A stretch of DNA of 64,000 nt from Botryllus schlosseri. Taxonomy: Eukaryota. The notes under the pieces were generated by a model, which did not search any database, was not told the DNA's origin, and was given only the letters and a program-made list of their open reading frames with translations. Of this stretch, positions 1 through 11,203 are shown piece by piece. The position numbers were made by a program, and so were the translations under genes. The stretch lies in assembly GCA_051294905.1 (NCBI GenBank), contig CM119378.1:15314001-15378000 (forward strand), given 5' to 3'. Position 1 is the first letter of the stretch. The number at the start of each line of letters is the position of its first letter.

Positions 1-357
1 GAATTGATATCTTGGTAAATTTGGGGTACCGGGCTTATCGAACGCCTTGAAATCTTAATTAAGAATTGCACCGTGTGTTGATTGATCAGAGAGAAGCAGA
101 CATGGTAGTGCATGTATGACAATGCTGTTCTCAAATCCACATTGTCCTCGTCAGTATTGGCGAGAAATGGCTTTAAAGTTACATTGCTATCGTTAAAATA
201 GATTCATTAAATGCGATTTATTCCTTGTATATGTAGATAAATGGGCGAATAATGTATCGATTCAGCAATCCGGCCCGCCAAGTTCCTAATTTTCCTATAT
301 CCGGCCCGCCGACTGGAGAAGTTGCCCGCCCCTGCCTTATATGAAGCTTCGGTTCGC

Positions 358-612
358 TTTATTAGCAGTTTTTATCAGTTCAATATACACCACAAAATTG
401 CGATACAATGAAAAGATAGGAAGGTGTCGAAACGACTTGGAGTAGTCTTTGGAATCAGACAGCCACCTTGGCCAAGGCGATGTAAAGAGAAGGCATGCAC
501 ACTGAATGAAAAGTAAAAGAAGATAGTACAGAAAACAGCAAGCGACAAAAAAGGAGTGGCATGTCACGGAAGGCGAGATCGATGGGTCAGGTCGTGGTCC
601 GGTAATCTTGAG
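358..612 (-). mobile_element. 5'-truncated LINE 3' end (family E, tail type a)
   Basis: Reverse complement matches 62925-63175, i.e. the last codons of the LINE ORF2 remnant plus its 3'UTR (aagattaccggaccacgac...ttgtatcgca...tgaactgataaaa...gctaataaa). Confidence 0.85.
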
Positions 613-629
613 CACGGACTAGCTTCAAA

Positions 630-790
630 CTATAGATAACTAACCTACGGATAGATACGCAACACCCGTCGTCACGCTTGCTTGCTCGGAGGGAATTACT
701 TCTCAGCAATCTGAACGCAACGTAAATTGCCAATCGCATAATAGCTCACGCATAATAGCTCACGCTTGCGTAGAATTGCTAAACTACGTA
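630..790 (+). mobile_element. Left arm fragment of foldback element family D
   Basis: ctatagataactaacctacggatagatacgcaacacccgtcgtcacgcttgcttgc matches the termini of the complete foldback at 61301-61887. No right arm here; right boundary approximate. Confidence 0.8.
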
Positions 791-822
791 AGTAACCCTC
801 ATGATAATTATTATCCTCCAAA

Positions 823-889
823 ATTGTATCGCATTGTATCGCATTTTTGTGGTGTATTGAACTGATAAAATTGCTAATAAACCAATGAT
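823..889 (+). mobile_element. Extreme 3' tail of LINE family E (type a)
   Basis: ttgtatcgcatttttgtggtgtattgaactgataaaattgctaataaaccaatga, as at about 23985-24040 and 63123-63178. Confidence 0.85.
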
Positions 890-1574
890 ACAGAATACGA
901 AACCTCAGATACTTGAGACGAATTTATGTAATGCACTACCTAAGTAGGCCGGCATGTCCATGGGTTGCAATTTAAGCATGTGTCAATGGTTGACGAGTAA
1001 TATAAACTATTTTCGAACTCAATTTAAATCATACAAGAGGTTTGGTTAGGGGGAGCACCGGGCATCATGACCACTGACCAGTCTAAAGAACAGACAGGAT
1101 GATAATTGCTATTACATTGCTTTCCTACTAGTTAATGACAACGTACGTAGTGAGCTGCAATTACTTCGTTTGCGGTCAATTTATTTGTGGAGTTTCAGTA
1201 AAAAGACTAGAGTCAAGTCGGGTCCACCGAAAATTGCCACCCGAATCTGACGCGAGTCAAGTCAAGACTCGAGTCATCCCAACACTGTATGGTAGGCCTT
1301 TCGAGTCCAATAATGCCCGGAGCAGGCCACATTGCAAGCCGTGCTCAATGTCTCATAGACATTATTATAGACTGATTTGTAACTGTCCTGTTGTCCGTAC
1401 CAGTGCCACACCTGACCATTAGAACAGGTCTGAATAATAGATTTAAGAGTGAACGCTCAATTTGGAAGGCCCCAGCAACGCGATTAGTTAGAAAAGTTGG
1501 CGTCAATATAGGCAACAATTGTTAACTTTTTGGAGGGTTGTTGTTAAATAATGTGAACTCAGCCAATTGTATAA

Positions 1575-2829
1575 CAGGGTGGTGATGACTCGAGTAGCAA
1601 TTTTTGGTTGACCCAGCTTGACTCGAGTCATTTTCTTAAAAACGAAAAATGACTCGACTCGATTCTACTCAATTTTTGCATTAAATCGACTTGTACTAGA
1701 GCAGTGGTTCCCAACCTTTTTCGACTCATCGCCCCCTTTTGAAGCTCCACACCGATCATCGCCCCCCAAATATTGGGAACCGAAAAACAGCACTTCGTCA
1801 GCCCCCCTCTCTGAAAAAAATGTTGGTCTTTGGCCCCATAGGGTGATAAAACAAACCCCAGACTCCCCTCAGTCAGTGGGCTTTTTGTCGCTACATATCA
1901 GCTATACCCTATTTCATGTACTGTCTGGTGAGTCACCGTATTTCACCTAAGCGCGCGAAGCGTGACAAATTTATATAATTCATGTTTGAATCGGTCAATA
2001 TGGTCGATGTGGTATGTTGGAAAAGGTAGGACTCCTAAATAATAATTAAACTTCTTCGGGCGGAATCGTTGTTATATTGACTTCTTTACATGATGCTATT
2101 TCGTGACCTCCTATATCTGCTATGTCAGAAGATATGGAAATCGTCAAACTAAAAGACGCACATGATTTCATATTGGTATTTCTTTACTGGCAAATAATTT
2201 TTTCCTTGCGGGATGGCATTTGTCCTGTAGGGTTAAGGTCGCCAGGACAGGACCATTCGACGCCAGCCATTGAGGCGCCTATTGACAATTAAACATATAT
2301 GTTGTATATATATCGAAGTTTTCGGTCAGCACACGGGCATTCCTTTTCGGCCAAGGTCTTCTCGCTGATGATAGTTCTGGCACACTTCTCGGAGTCGCAT
2401 GTTACATGGCCTCTAACTTCATATGTCTTGGTGCGTCGTGGCGCAGTAATGGCCGACGCCGAAGTCTCCCATTTCCATAAATCATGCGTACTTTTGTTGG
2501 GTGACGGGGACCCCAACATGAAGATACATGAAGATGTGAAATCGCGCGAGGCGCGAAAAATTCTTGAAAAAATCGCATGAATTTCTAAAAAATTACTTTA
2601 TCATTCATGTTAATTCACGAAATAATTTTGGGCTTCCTTCGATTTCGGGCGCCCCACCCCCAATTGGGGGGTTTGGGGTGCGGTAGTTACGGTCCCGACC
2701 CCCTTCGTTATTTTCGCCCCCCTAGACCGCCAAATCGCCCCCTGGGGGGCGATATCGCCCACGTTGGGAACCACTGTACTAGAGTCATTGCTCATGACTC
2801 TATCAAGACATATGACTCGACACAACCTG
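1575..2829. mobile_element. GACTCGAGTC-rich MITE-like element interrupted by hAT element A
   Basis: Termini cagggtggtgatgactcgag / gactcgacacaacctg with internal gactcga repeats on both sides of the 1702-2776 insertion. Related sequence at about 1190-1288 and 3040-3125. No clean TSD seen. Confidence 0.55.
1702..2776. mobile_element. Non-autonomous hAT (Charlie/Buster-type) element A carrying a family B copy
   Basis: TIR cagtggttcccaac / gttgggaaccactg; exact 8-bp TSD tactagag (1694-1701, 2777-2784) with central TA. Interior about 1780-2697 is family B sequence. Confidence 0.92.
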
Positions 2830-3135
2830 TATTACTTATTCAAGTCTTGTACGTATTAGGATAATTGAAAAATAGTCCCTGAAACTGTGTTTTATCTGTT
2901 TGAATCAACATGTTTAGAGTTGGAGAATTCAGTATATCATGAATTCGAGGACTTCGGTATCACTTACGAGTTTCACAGAAGTGAGCTGAACATGAATTAA
3001 ACTAGAAACGTAGCAGTAAACACTATGACTGGAACTCGGACACGACCCATTGTTGCCTGACTTGAACTTGACTCAGTGGTGAATTGAAAATGACCCGACT
3101 TGACTTGTGACTTGGTTGAGACCCAGTTGTATATA

Positions 3136-4050
3136 CAGGGTTGCCATACCGTCCTTATTTCTAAGATTTGTCCTTATTTTGAAGGGCCACATCTTAGAAA
3201 ACTCAACTGTCCTTATTTCTAAGAAATGTCCTTGTTTTCGACTTGCGTCCTTATTTTGTCTTAGTTTTAACAACTATAAAACTTCGATCGTTGCCCAGTA
3301 TCTGTGTTGCATAATATTATAAAATTATGCTTTTACGTCGATATTTTATGACATCATAAATGAAAGGAGCTCCGATGGCGTACACAGCACAGGCTTTGAC
3401 CTCGAAGTGGTGAGATAGATAGCTAGGGCATGTGCATGATGGCGTAGCAGTTTTGGCTGTACCAAGCTATCGCAGCGGACGCCATTTTAGCAGTAAACAG
3501 CAGTACCAGGTTTCTGAAGCAGAATAAGCGGTGGGGAAGGCAGCATTTATTGCGTATAACTGAAAAAGGGCGCAGTGCAGTCGACACTTGAGTTGAAAAG
3601 TAGTAAAGCTATAAATCATTGATAAATTTATCTAAATGATATTGTACATATAGCTTTAGCTACTAATAAGACTAAATCTGCTTAGTTAAAATGAGCAGGC
3701 GTACAAACGTTTTTCGCGGCGATTATGGGAGAGAATTCAAAGGTATCAAACCTGGTGAAAAGTTTGGTCACCCTATGGGGGACCCAAGACCATCGTGTTT
3801 TTTTGGGGAGGGGCTGCCAAGGTGCTGTTTTGGCCCAGAGCAAATGTAAACCTAGACCTGAGCTGTCGAGAGATCCATGAAACACTTTCTAATAACAAGG
3901 AGTTGCTCGAGCAGGTTGTTTCTGGCGAAAAGTATGGGATGTGATATGCCACGGCTCGTATAAATACAACGTATGTGCAAAAACGCTTTTTAATGCAAAT
4001 CTAATTTTTCGATTGTCCTTATTTTGGGGCCCATGTCGATGGCAACCCTG
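3136..4050. mobile_element. Non-autonomous hAT element, family I
   Basis: TIR cagggttgccat / atggcaaccctg; 8-bp TSD tgtatata / tttatata (one mismatch); subterminal gtccttattt repeats. Contains a family B 5'-end fragment at about 3765-3838. Confidence 0.85.
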
Positions 4051-4159
4051 TTTATATAGTAGCATAGTATCTTGTGAAATACATCCGAGCCGGAGTTATT
4101 TTTCAAACAAATGTCCGCAGTTACCACGGTAGTTCCATTTGAATTTCACGTACAACTCA

Positions 4160-4213
4160 TGGCTCCAACCCCGTTAAAAATGCACGGCTTCCGGGCTCCG
4201 GCTCCAAAGCCTT
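4160..4213. repeat. Right-end fragment of GGCTCC-rich hAT family F
   Basis: cacggcttccgggctccggctccaaagccttg resembles the family F right end at 51830-51881. Confidence 0.6.
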
Positions 4214-4681
4214 GAGTTCGACTACACTTGATCAAGAAGTAAGTAGGGCTGGGCAAAATCGAGTAGCTCAGTGATTCGATTCTGAATCACGTATTATGCT
4301 TCGAGTCGAGTTGAGTATTACTCATAATGACGTCATACCAGAATGCAAAATGGAAAGTTCAAGTATGTACCTTTTATGCCACCCAAAAAATATAATGCCT
4401 CTTATCCATCACATTAAAAGTACTTTAATGTTTTTCGACCATACCGATTTTATTGTAGGCCTACTTTGTGACAAGGTTGTGGGATGATCATGACTTCAGA
4501 AATGTGTTATCTCCAGTAACGTTGGCAGCTTTGTGGTATGTTTCGTGTGCTGCGATACGCGTAATCAAGGTTTCAAGGCTTGCACACTGCACAGTGGAAA
4601 AGAGTATCGAAACTATAATTTTCGTTGATAAATTAACCTTCAGTGCTGAGAAGCGTATAATTTCAGTACTCGAAAAAAATC

Positions 4682-5275
4682 GTCTTCCCGGTTCGATTCC
4701 CGTCGGAGGTTCATTTGGGCTCCTCTTCCCCCGCTGTCGCCGTTCTTATGGCGACAAAAAAGCCCAGAAAAAAGACCTGAACAAAGAAAGCACTGACAAA
4801 GAATGGAAATAACTAGTAGAAAGGGCCACGGCTTCAAAAAAGATCATCATACAAAAAGAACTGTGACATCGGGCACTCACCGAGCGAGATAGTGTAATGG
4901 TTATGCGTCCGGCTTCTCGAGCGTCTCGAGCGGTAGGTCGTGGGTTCGATTCCCGGCCGGGTCATACCAAAGACTCGAAAAAATGGTATCCGCAGCTATC
5001 CTGCTAGGCGCTCAGCAGTCACGGATAGCATGGAGGAGAAAAAAAACGGGGGCGCAGACTAGATGACCTCATGGGGCCGTATCGCAACTCCGTCGTCAAA
5101 GCATCTCGATGGTGCAGGCGAAAAAGAATATCATATCTCTCTCTCTCTCTCTCTCTCTAGGCCGAGGTGAATGTTTGAGTAAAGGATCGCTACTGATGCG
5201 TGTCGTTCGACATCCTCCTATCTGTTCGTTACATTGCATTGTAAGTTGTATGTGTAGCTTGTTCAGATGTATTGT
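4682..5275 (+). mobile_element. tRNA-derived SINE family L (5'-truncated), split by SINE M
   Basis: B box ggttcgattcc (4690-4700), then gtcggaggtt.at.tgggctcctc...aaaagcccaga...actgtgac..ggg.act, shared with about 7855-8035 (+) and 19925-20075 (-). Resumes as aggccgag after SINE M; right boundary approximate. Confidence 0.6.
4879..5159 (+). mobile_element. tRNA-derived SINE family M with a CR1-like tail motif and (CT)n end
   Basis: A box tagtgtaatgg (4890-4900), B box ggttcgattcc (4943-4953), body gggtcataccaaagact..aaaaatggta, motif cagactagatgacct (5056-5070), terminal (ct)n. Confidence 0.85.
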
Positions 5276-5529
5276 ACTGTACAACTCGACTCGAATCATT
5301 AAAATTAATATTCGAGTACTCGAATCATCGTGCCAGCCCTAGAAGTAAGACACCCGTTTTTTAATAAAAACGTATATTTAGCTGTACCATTTGGTATCCG
5401 TGAATATTTCACATATATCTACGGGAAAACATCGTTACATAACTTGCATCTTACATGTTGTAAGAAAATTCAGCACAGGTAGCCAAGAACAGTGATAGTG
5501 ACCTGATTATACACATCACACTCTCTTTA

Positions 5530-6010
5530 TGTATATGCCTACCATATACAATTATAGATCTATAACTCATCAATTGCCATCTTCATATCATCAGCCGATG
5601 TCTTCGACAAATCGGGCCAGTGTGCTTTTGCGTAAAAAAATCTTTAAGCCCCCGGCAGTATCGCTGCTTCATTAATTTCATTTTTTCAGTTCGTTGTCAT
5701 TCCAGTGTCATTAATCCGCTTTTGCGTGTCTTTCCGATTCTCGCCTATCGCCAGAAGCCGTTGGTATGAGAATAATGCTCGACATGCAGCTCCCTGCAAA
5801 TAGTGCGACTCCAACGAATCCGCCAATTACTCTGAAAATTTCCAAACAGATTACAGTCCGAGTGCTGCGTAATCGAATTGTAGACAAGGTCAGTTGATTA
5901 GGATTGTCAACTTACCTGCAGAGCGGCTGCACTAGTAGGAAAAGAAGCAAAATATTTGTCGTAGCCCTGTAATCTGTGACTACAATCTGCCCTTCTCTGT
6001 AGCGATGCAT
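5530..6010 (-). pseudogene. Possible degenerate exons, weakly resembling Cys-loop receptor exons 1-2
   Basis: ATG at 6010 reads MHRYREGQIVVTDYRATTNILLLFLLVQPLC to a cag|gtaag donor at 5916; acceptor at 5831; a stop-containing frame reads LKDFFTQKHTGPI...LMSYRSII. Similarity judged by eye and weak. Confidence 0.2.
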
Positions 6011-7854
6011 GAATAGTAACATGTAGGCGATATTAATAAATCCATAATATGATGCAAACAGCGACATCTTGAACTATAGGCTATATTTGATACATATGAC
6101 AATTGCACGACCCCTGACAAAAGTTTTCGAGAGCTTATAAGCTCTAACTATGCGCCTAATAGATGCTATATGCGTCTATTCAGCGGGCCGAGTTAATGAA
6201 TAACTCTTTCCATGCAAGACCACGGCCGACCAAGGTAGCCAATGCTACGAAGAAATGATTGCTGCCTTTGCTAGACTCGCATTGTGGTTTTGATATTATC
6301 CTAATAGTATCCGCCGTTCCGGCTCATTTTCTGTACATCATTTGGGGCCTCGCCATATTTCATTCATATCTCGTGTATGCGTACTGTTTAGCCTACTCAA
6401 ATCCATGAGAATATCCACTACAGTCTTCATTCTCACTTAACCCATGTTCATTTTTGTTCAACACTATCGACCTCGCCGCCATTCTCTATCGATGTATTGC
6501 GTTGTAATACGTTAGTGGCCAGATGTGATTGATGTGATGATTCAGGGCACAGTGCACATTGCACACTGCACAGTGCACGCAGTTTGTTATTATCTTATAT
6601 GCACTATATCTGACCAGTCAACATTGGCCAATCAATTCCGTCGCTCGTTCCCCGCCCCTACAAATGTTTCGGTGAGCAATACTGAGCAATGAGTTTAAAC
6701 AATGACCATGCGATACAGTATTAGCATTGCGACATCAGGTGAGGTCTGCTTGAAGCTGATGGTTAAATATGGATTGTAGAATGTGGAGTGAGAGTGCGAC
6801 TGGATGATCTAATATAGCAGGCAATGTTGATACATTTTAAAGATACACCGAAAACTCCTTCATTATTATGGTTACGTGATTTGGTGACGTGATGATACGT
6901 CGCTTCTATACTTTTTATATTTACATGTCTTAATATATCTATACTTACGTTCGCTACCCATACCGATGGTTTCTCAAACCCGTGTGGCGTATGTTATAAA
7001 ATCCTACCATACCAATGACCAATGTGCTTCAATGCGATGAAGGGCACTGTGCGATAGTAACCCGAATATTCATGATTATTGATTAACTGCGACCGACCAT
7101 TTAGCGAAAGATTACACTGTAACGTCATTTGCTTCTGATAGGAAAACAGTTGATTCTTATGCATTTCTGGACACCGGATGCATATATGTGAGTTTCAAGT
7201 TGATATTCGGGATCAGCAGCACCAAATAAGCCGGGTTTGACCGCATTCGTTTCGAAAGCAAATTTGTCTGTTGACTAGTTGTTACCGATACCAATGATAT
7301 ATCATTGCCGCTGCAGAACATATATGTTTACTAGCAGTACATCAGGGAAAATCCTTTTAACAGATCCAGATCATTATTGATAGCCAATAAGGTTTGACTT
7401 ATTAACTATACTGATCGTCGTACCGAGAGCGAAGGCACCATGTTTACAGTTTGACGCTACCCATTTCTCGCCAACATATTCGATTTAATTTCTGCTATTC
7501 GAACGTAGAATGACATGGGAATGTCGCATGGTCAAATTCACTGCCAAGCAAATACATGTAGGATCTACATTGTAGGTAGATGAACACCGTGAGTTTTTGA
7601 CAAAATGGAAGATATCATCTTGTTATTGTGCGTAAGGCTTCTGCCGCCCTCATCCAATTTCAGACTTGGTAATTGTAGTAGCCTGTATTCGTTGCGTGAT
7701 GTAATCGATAGTTGAACAATGAACATGGACCACACGACCATATTGAATTTATTTGTTCCCTAAAAATCTACAACTGCAAACCTTACTTCATTTCCAAACT
7801 TACGTCGCAAATCAAGATAAATCAAGTATGTTTGGTCTCGGCTCTGCCATGTTT

Positions 7855-8035
7855 CTATGTGTCGGAGGTTTATCTGGGCTCCTCATCGCCGATCCCGCTG
7901 TAGGCCGAAATACAGCGTCTTCAAAAGGCCAGAAGGAATAGAGAGCCGAACTCAAGGAGATGGCAGCAGAGACCAGAAAAAGGACGCAAGAAAGCGGAAA
8001 AAGACCTCAAAAGACGCGAACTTATGAAATTACTG
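7855..8035 (+). mobile_element. SINE family L fragment
   Basis: gtcggaggtttatctgggctcctc...cccgctgt...aaaaggccaga aligns with 4700-4780. Confidence 0.55.
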
Positions 8036-9424
8036 TGCGGGCGCAAATGACCCAAGTGTTGATAAGCGACAATTGTGTTAATAAAACAAACAAACAAACG
8101 AAGTATGTTTGGTCAGTGGCGTATGGGAGCATGTGCTGCCGCCCCTGGCTTTCGTTGAAAATGCCGTCCTGAGTAGACCGCAGTAAATTTTGAAATAAAT
8201 TCATGTTCAAGCAATCTTTTCAATAGAAATATATACAAATAATGTACCGAGCATCAGAAGTTCTATATTGCTTGAGAAAGAGGCATCACTGTCTTATATT
8301 GAGGCCAAAAGTACATGACAAAAAATGGAAAAAAATGTATTAGACAAATAAAAGATCAATAGCCGCCTCAAAATTGAACTTTTCGAGCTTTCGCCGAAGC
8401 AAAACCCGCAATAATATCCCCAAAAACAATTTTTTGAACGTAATCTCCTTCTATAGAAAGAATCGATGGAGCTGATAGCCGATGCTCATTGATCATTCAT
8501 GGTAAATTGAATACGGCTTTATCATTTTGAGCTTTGATAAACTCTTCTCACAGCTCGCAATGGAAACACCATTGGTATATAAGATAACGTGTCAGACACA
8601 GGCATAAATATGGTGTCGAATCTAGTAGGTGTGATTTACCTGTAAAACATCAAACGATGTTGCATTACGATCGAACGTGATGTCACTGCTTCGCACCAGC
8701 CTCTTAATTCTGTCAATTTCCACAGCCAACTCCGATTCCAGTCTGGATCGTAAAAAATTAGCTCGTGATTAGCCATCTGCAGATGTGCATTGTGCAGCTT
8801 CATTTTGCCGCCCCTTGCAGCCTGCCGCCCCTGGCGTAAAGCCAGAACCTACATGTGGCTGCTATACGCTACTGTGTTTCGAATTGGTTGGATCAACGTT
8901 GAACATTTTCTTATCGCACCAAGTTTCGGTCAACATGCGACGTCATTGAGTGCGTTGCCAAAACTATACCTGACTCTATAATACCTTGGCAAAAATGACA
9001 ACCCGATCTTGGCGGAATCTTTCCGTCTAGTCTCTAGAACACTAGATAATTATTTTTCGTCTAAAAGTCTGTATGGCAGTAAGGAGTACTCAAGTAGGTT
9101 TTGCCTACTTGTGATACTTATTTAGGTGATTCGCTTTTTAGGCATTTCTATACTTTTAACAGATTAGTGTAGGCGACACTAGCTACTTTTTCAGAATCTG
9201 TACTTTGTAAAATAAAAAGTAGTTTCGACGTATGATTACATCGCCTTTGTGAGTGAATTGCCAGACCAGCTGCTGCGCATAATAGCCCCTGTGGTAACAT
9301 AATTTATTATACAAATTGTACCATTGACCCAATAGGCCCCTCTTTCACGTTTTAACCACTGCTCGTGTGGTCTAGTTTTTATGTTGTCAGTTATCTGGTC
9401 GCGGCCAGCGTGAACATTTTCCGG

Positions 9425-9800
9425 AATTCATGATTCAATCTGGTCGACGATATTGACAATTGCATATATTACTATAGTTTTTTGTCCTCTCCGCCCGCGT
9501 GATCAGATTTACCGGTAAAGCTGAAGAAGGAGGTGATGTCTTTAAAATTCCGGGAACATAATTAATTATTATTAATAATTACATCTTCGGGCGGGCCCGT
9601 TGTTAGTGATTATTTGTCGCAAATTTCATACGTCTTGGTGTGTCGTGGCGTTGCAATGGCTGACACCGAAATGCCTATTTCTATAAATTATGTGTAATTT
9701 TCATTAGGGGCAGGTGTACCCGTATTAAAATCAAGACATCTAACGACTTAAATTTTAAAAAAGTTGAATATTACTCCAACAAATACCCCATAATTTATGT
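9425..9800 (+). mobile_element. Internally deleted family B fragment
   Basis: atcagatttaccggta...aataatt...acatcttcgggcgg...gtcttggtgtgtcgtggcg...ctataaatta match the family B core; no termini. Confidence 0.75.
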
Positions 9801-11203
9801 TGATTCAATAGATCATTTTGACACCCCCTTCGGTATGTGGCGCGGCATGGAACATATGATTACAAACGAGGACGGTATTTCTAGGCTCCTCCTCGCCATC
9901 CGGCCTGCGTATAAGCATTGTCCTAAAGAAGCCTGGAAGTGAGCCGTGCTCCCAGTCGGCATATGCGGATTCATAATAAAGAATATAGGCCTGGTGTAAA
10001 TGACCATTGTAGTCGTAAAGCATCATGAATACCACAAACAACAAGAAACGGGAAAGCGCTTATCCAATCAGCAATTTGTCTTTTACATCGAACACAAAGT
10101 GGTTGTGAGTAGCTTGCGTCGCGGCAATTGTTTGCTGATTATAACGACAAATCAGACAAAATGACTGTCATGTAAACCTGGCACACAAATTATTGCGAGC
10201 ACAGGGACGTACCTTGGGGTGATTGGGTGCAATTTAATTTAGAGACGAACGTGTATTTGCTCGTCTAATCTTGAGAAGATAAGTGTCTGGAGCATTTGGC
10301 AAATGTAATAAACTTTAACATTTAAGCATTCTTCGCGACCCACCTGAGCCTCGCGAACCACCGTTTGGGAAGCACTGCGGCTACGCTACGACTTAATTGG
10401 CTCGATTTTGTGTAACTGCAAACGTGCATGTCTGTTGTCCGCAGGACCTACATTTTGGGGTTTTCGTACAATCGCAGGAAGATGGTATCGGGTATTTCAC
10501 TCTAGAATGTCGTTTCGATGCCTTTACCTTAGTCACCGCGATAACATGTAACCGTAACATTTAGAAATGATGTAAAAGGTCATCCAACCGAATGTTCCAT
10601 TCTCATTTTTCCGGTCATCACGCTCCGCGGTAAGGGAGAAACAACAGAAAGAAACTCTGAAGGGCAAGATCTTATCAATAATAAATATATCCCCGGTTGC
10701 AATGTGATGCCACAAATTATGGTGGGTATCGTAATCAAATTAAACCAAATGATTAGACACAACTCAGTAAGTCGTACTACCGTACGTGGGAGTAACCAAT
10801 GTATTATGCAATACTCCCGCACATAACTATGTTAGTTGCACTCGGGTCAGATGTGGCATAACTACCGAATAACTGAGCGAATGCGAATGCATGGTTTTTA
10901 GTCCGTCGCAATCACAAATACATCGATCCGTAATCTAATTTCGAGTACATAATTCGACAGTAGGCGACACTGTGCAATGGGCATGCGATAACATACGAAC
11001 AGATGTAGGGTATTATGCTTACGCGTAACCCTGTGTTTCAATGCCTTATGAATACCAGTAGAAGATTGTACTTGTACTAACTCAAGATTTGATTCGCACT
11101 TCCTAGATCATTTCCCTTGTATACGCGTAGTACGTATATGTACTTCAGTTTCGGATTAACAAGCAGTTGCAAATTTCTTTCGCCGCAGCGGTAAGCAATA
11201 GCA

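Larger units (their letters stand above)
4244..5341. mobile_element. Non-autonomous hAT element, family H, with nested SINEs
   Basis: TIR tagggctgg / ccagcccta; exact 8-bp TSD gaagtaag. Homologous to the 521-bp copy at 29315-29835 but about 580 bp longer because of an insertion at about 4682-5275. Confidence 0.92.

Noticed and set aside
1-190. Open minus-strand frame (NVTLKPFLANTDEDNVDLRTALSY...) as an exon
   Set aside because: No diagnostic motif and truncated by the window edge; too weak to list as a feature.
2289-2864. Recurrent short ORFs containing LVRRGAVM (also 12891, 16813)
   Set aside because: They only reflect family B repetition; starts, stops and frames differ between copies.
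3420-3580. Minus-strand WY...LKWRP resembling receptor exon 3
   Set aside because: Lies inside hAT element I (3136-4050) and the spacing is wrong; most likely chance.
4879-4965. tRNA gene
   Set aside because: A and B boxes are present, but the anticodon arm has a 9-bp duplication (tctcgagcg twice) and the sequence runs into a SINE body and (CT)n tail.
10575-10825. Stop-free plus-strand stretch of about 80 codons upstream of the receptor gene
   Set aside because: No start codon context, recognisable motif or convincing splice pair; such lengths occur by chance.
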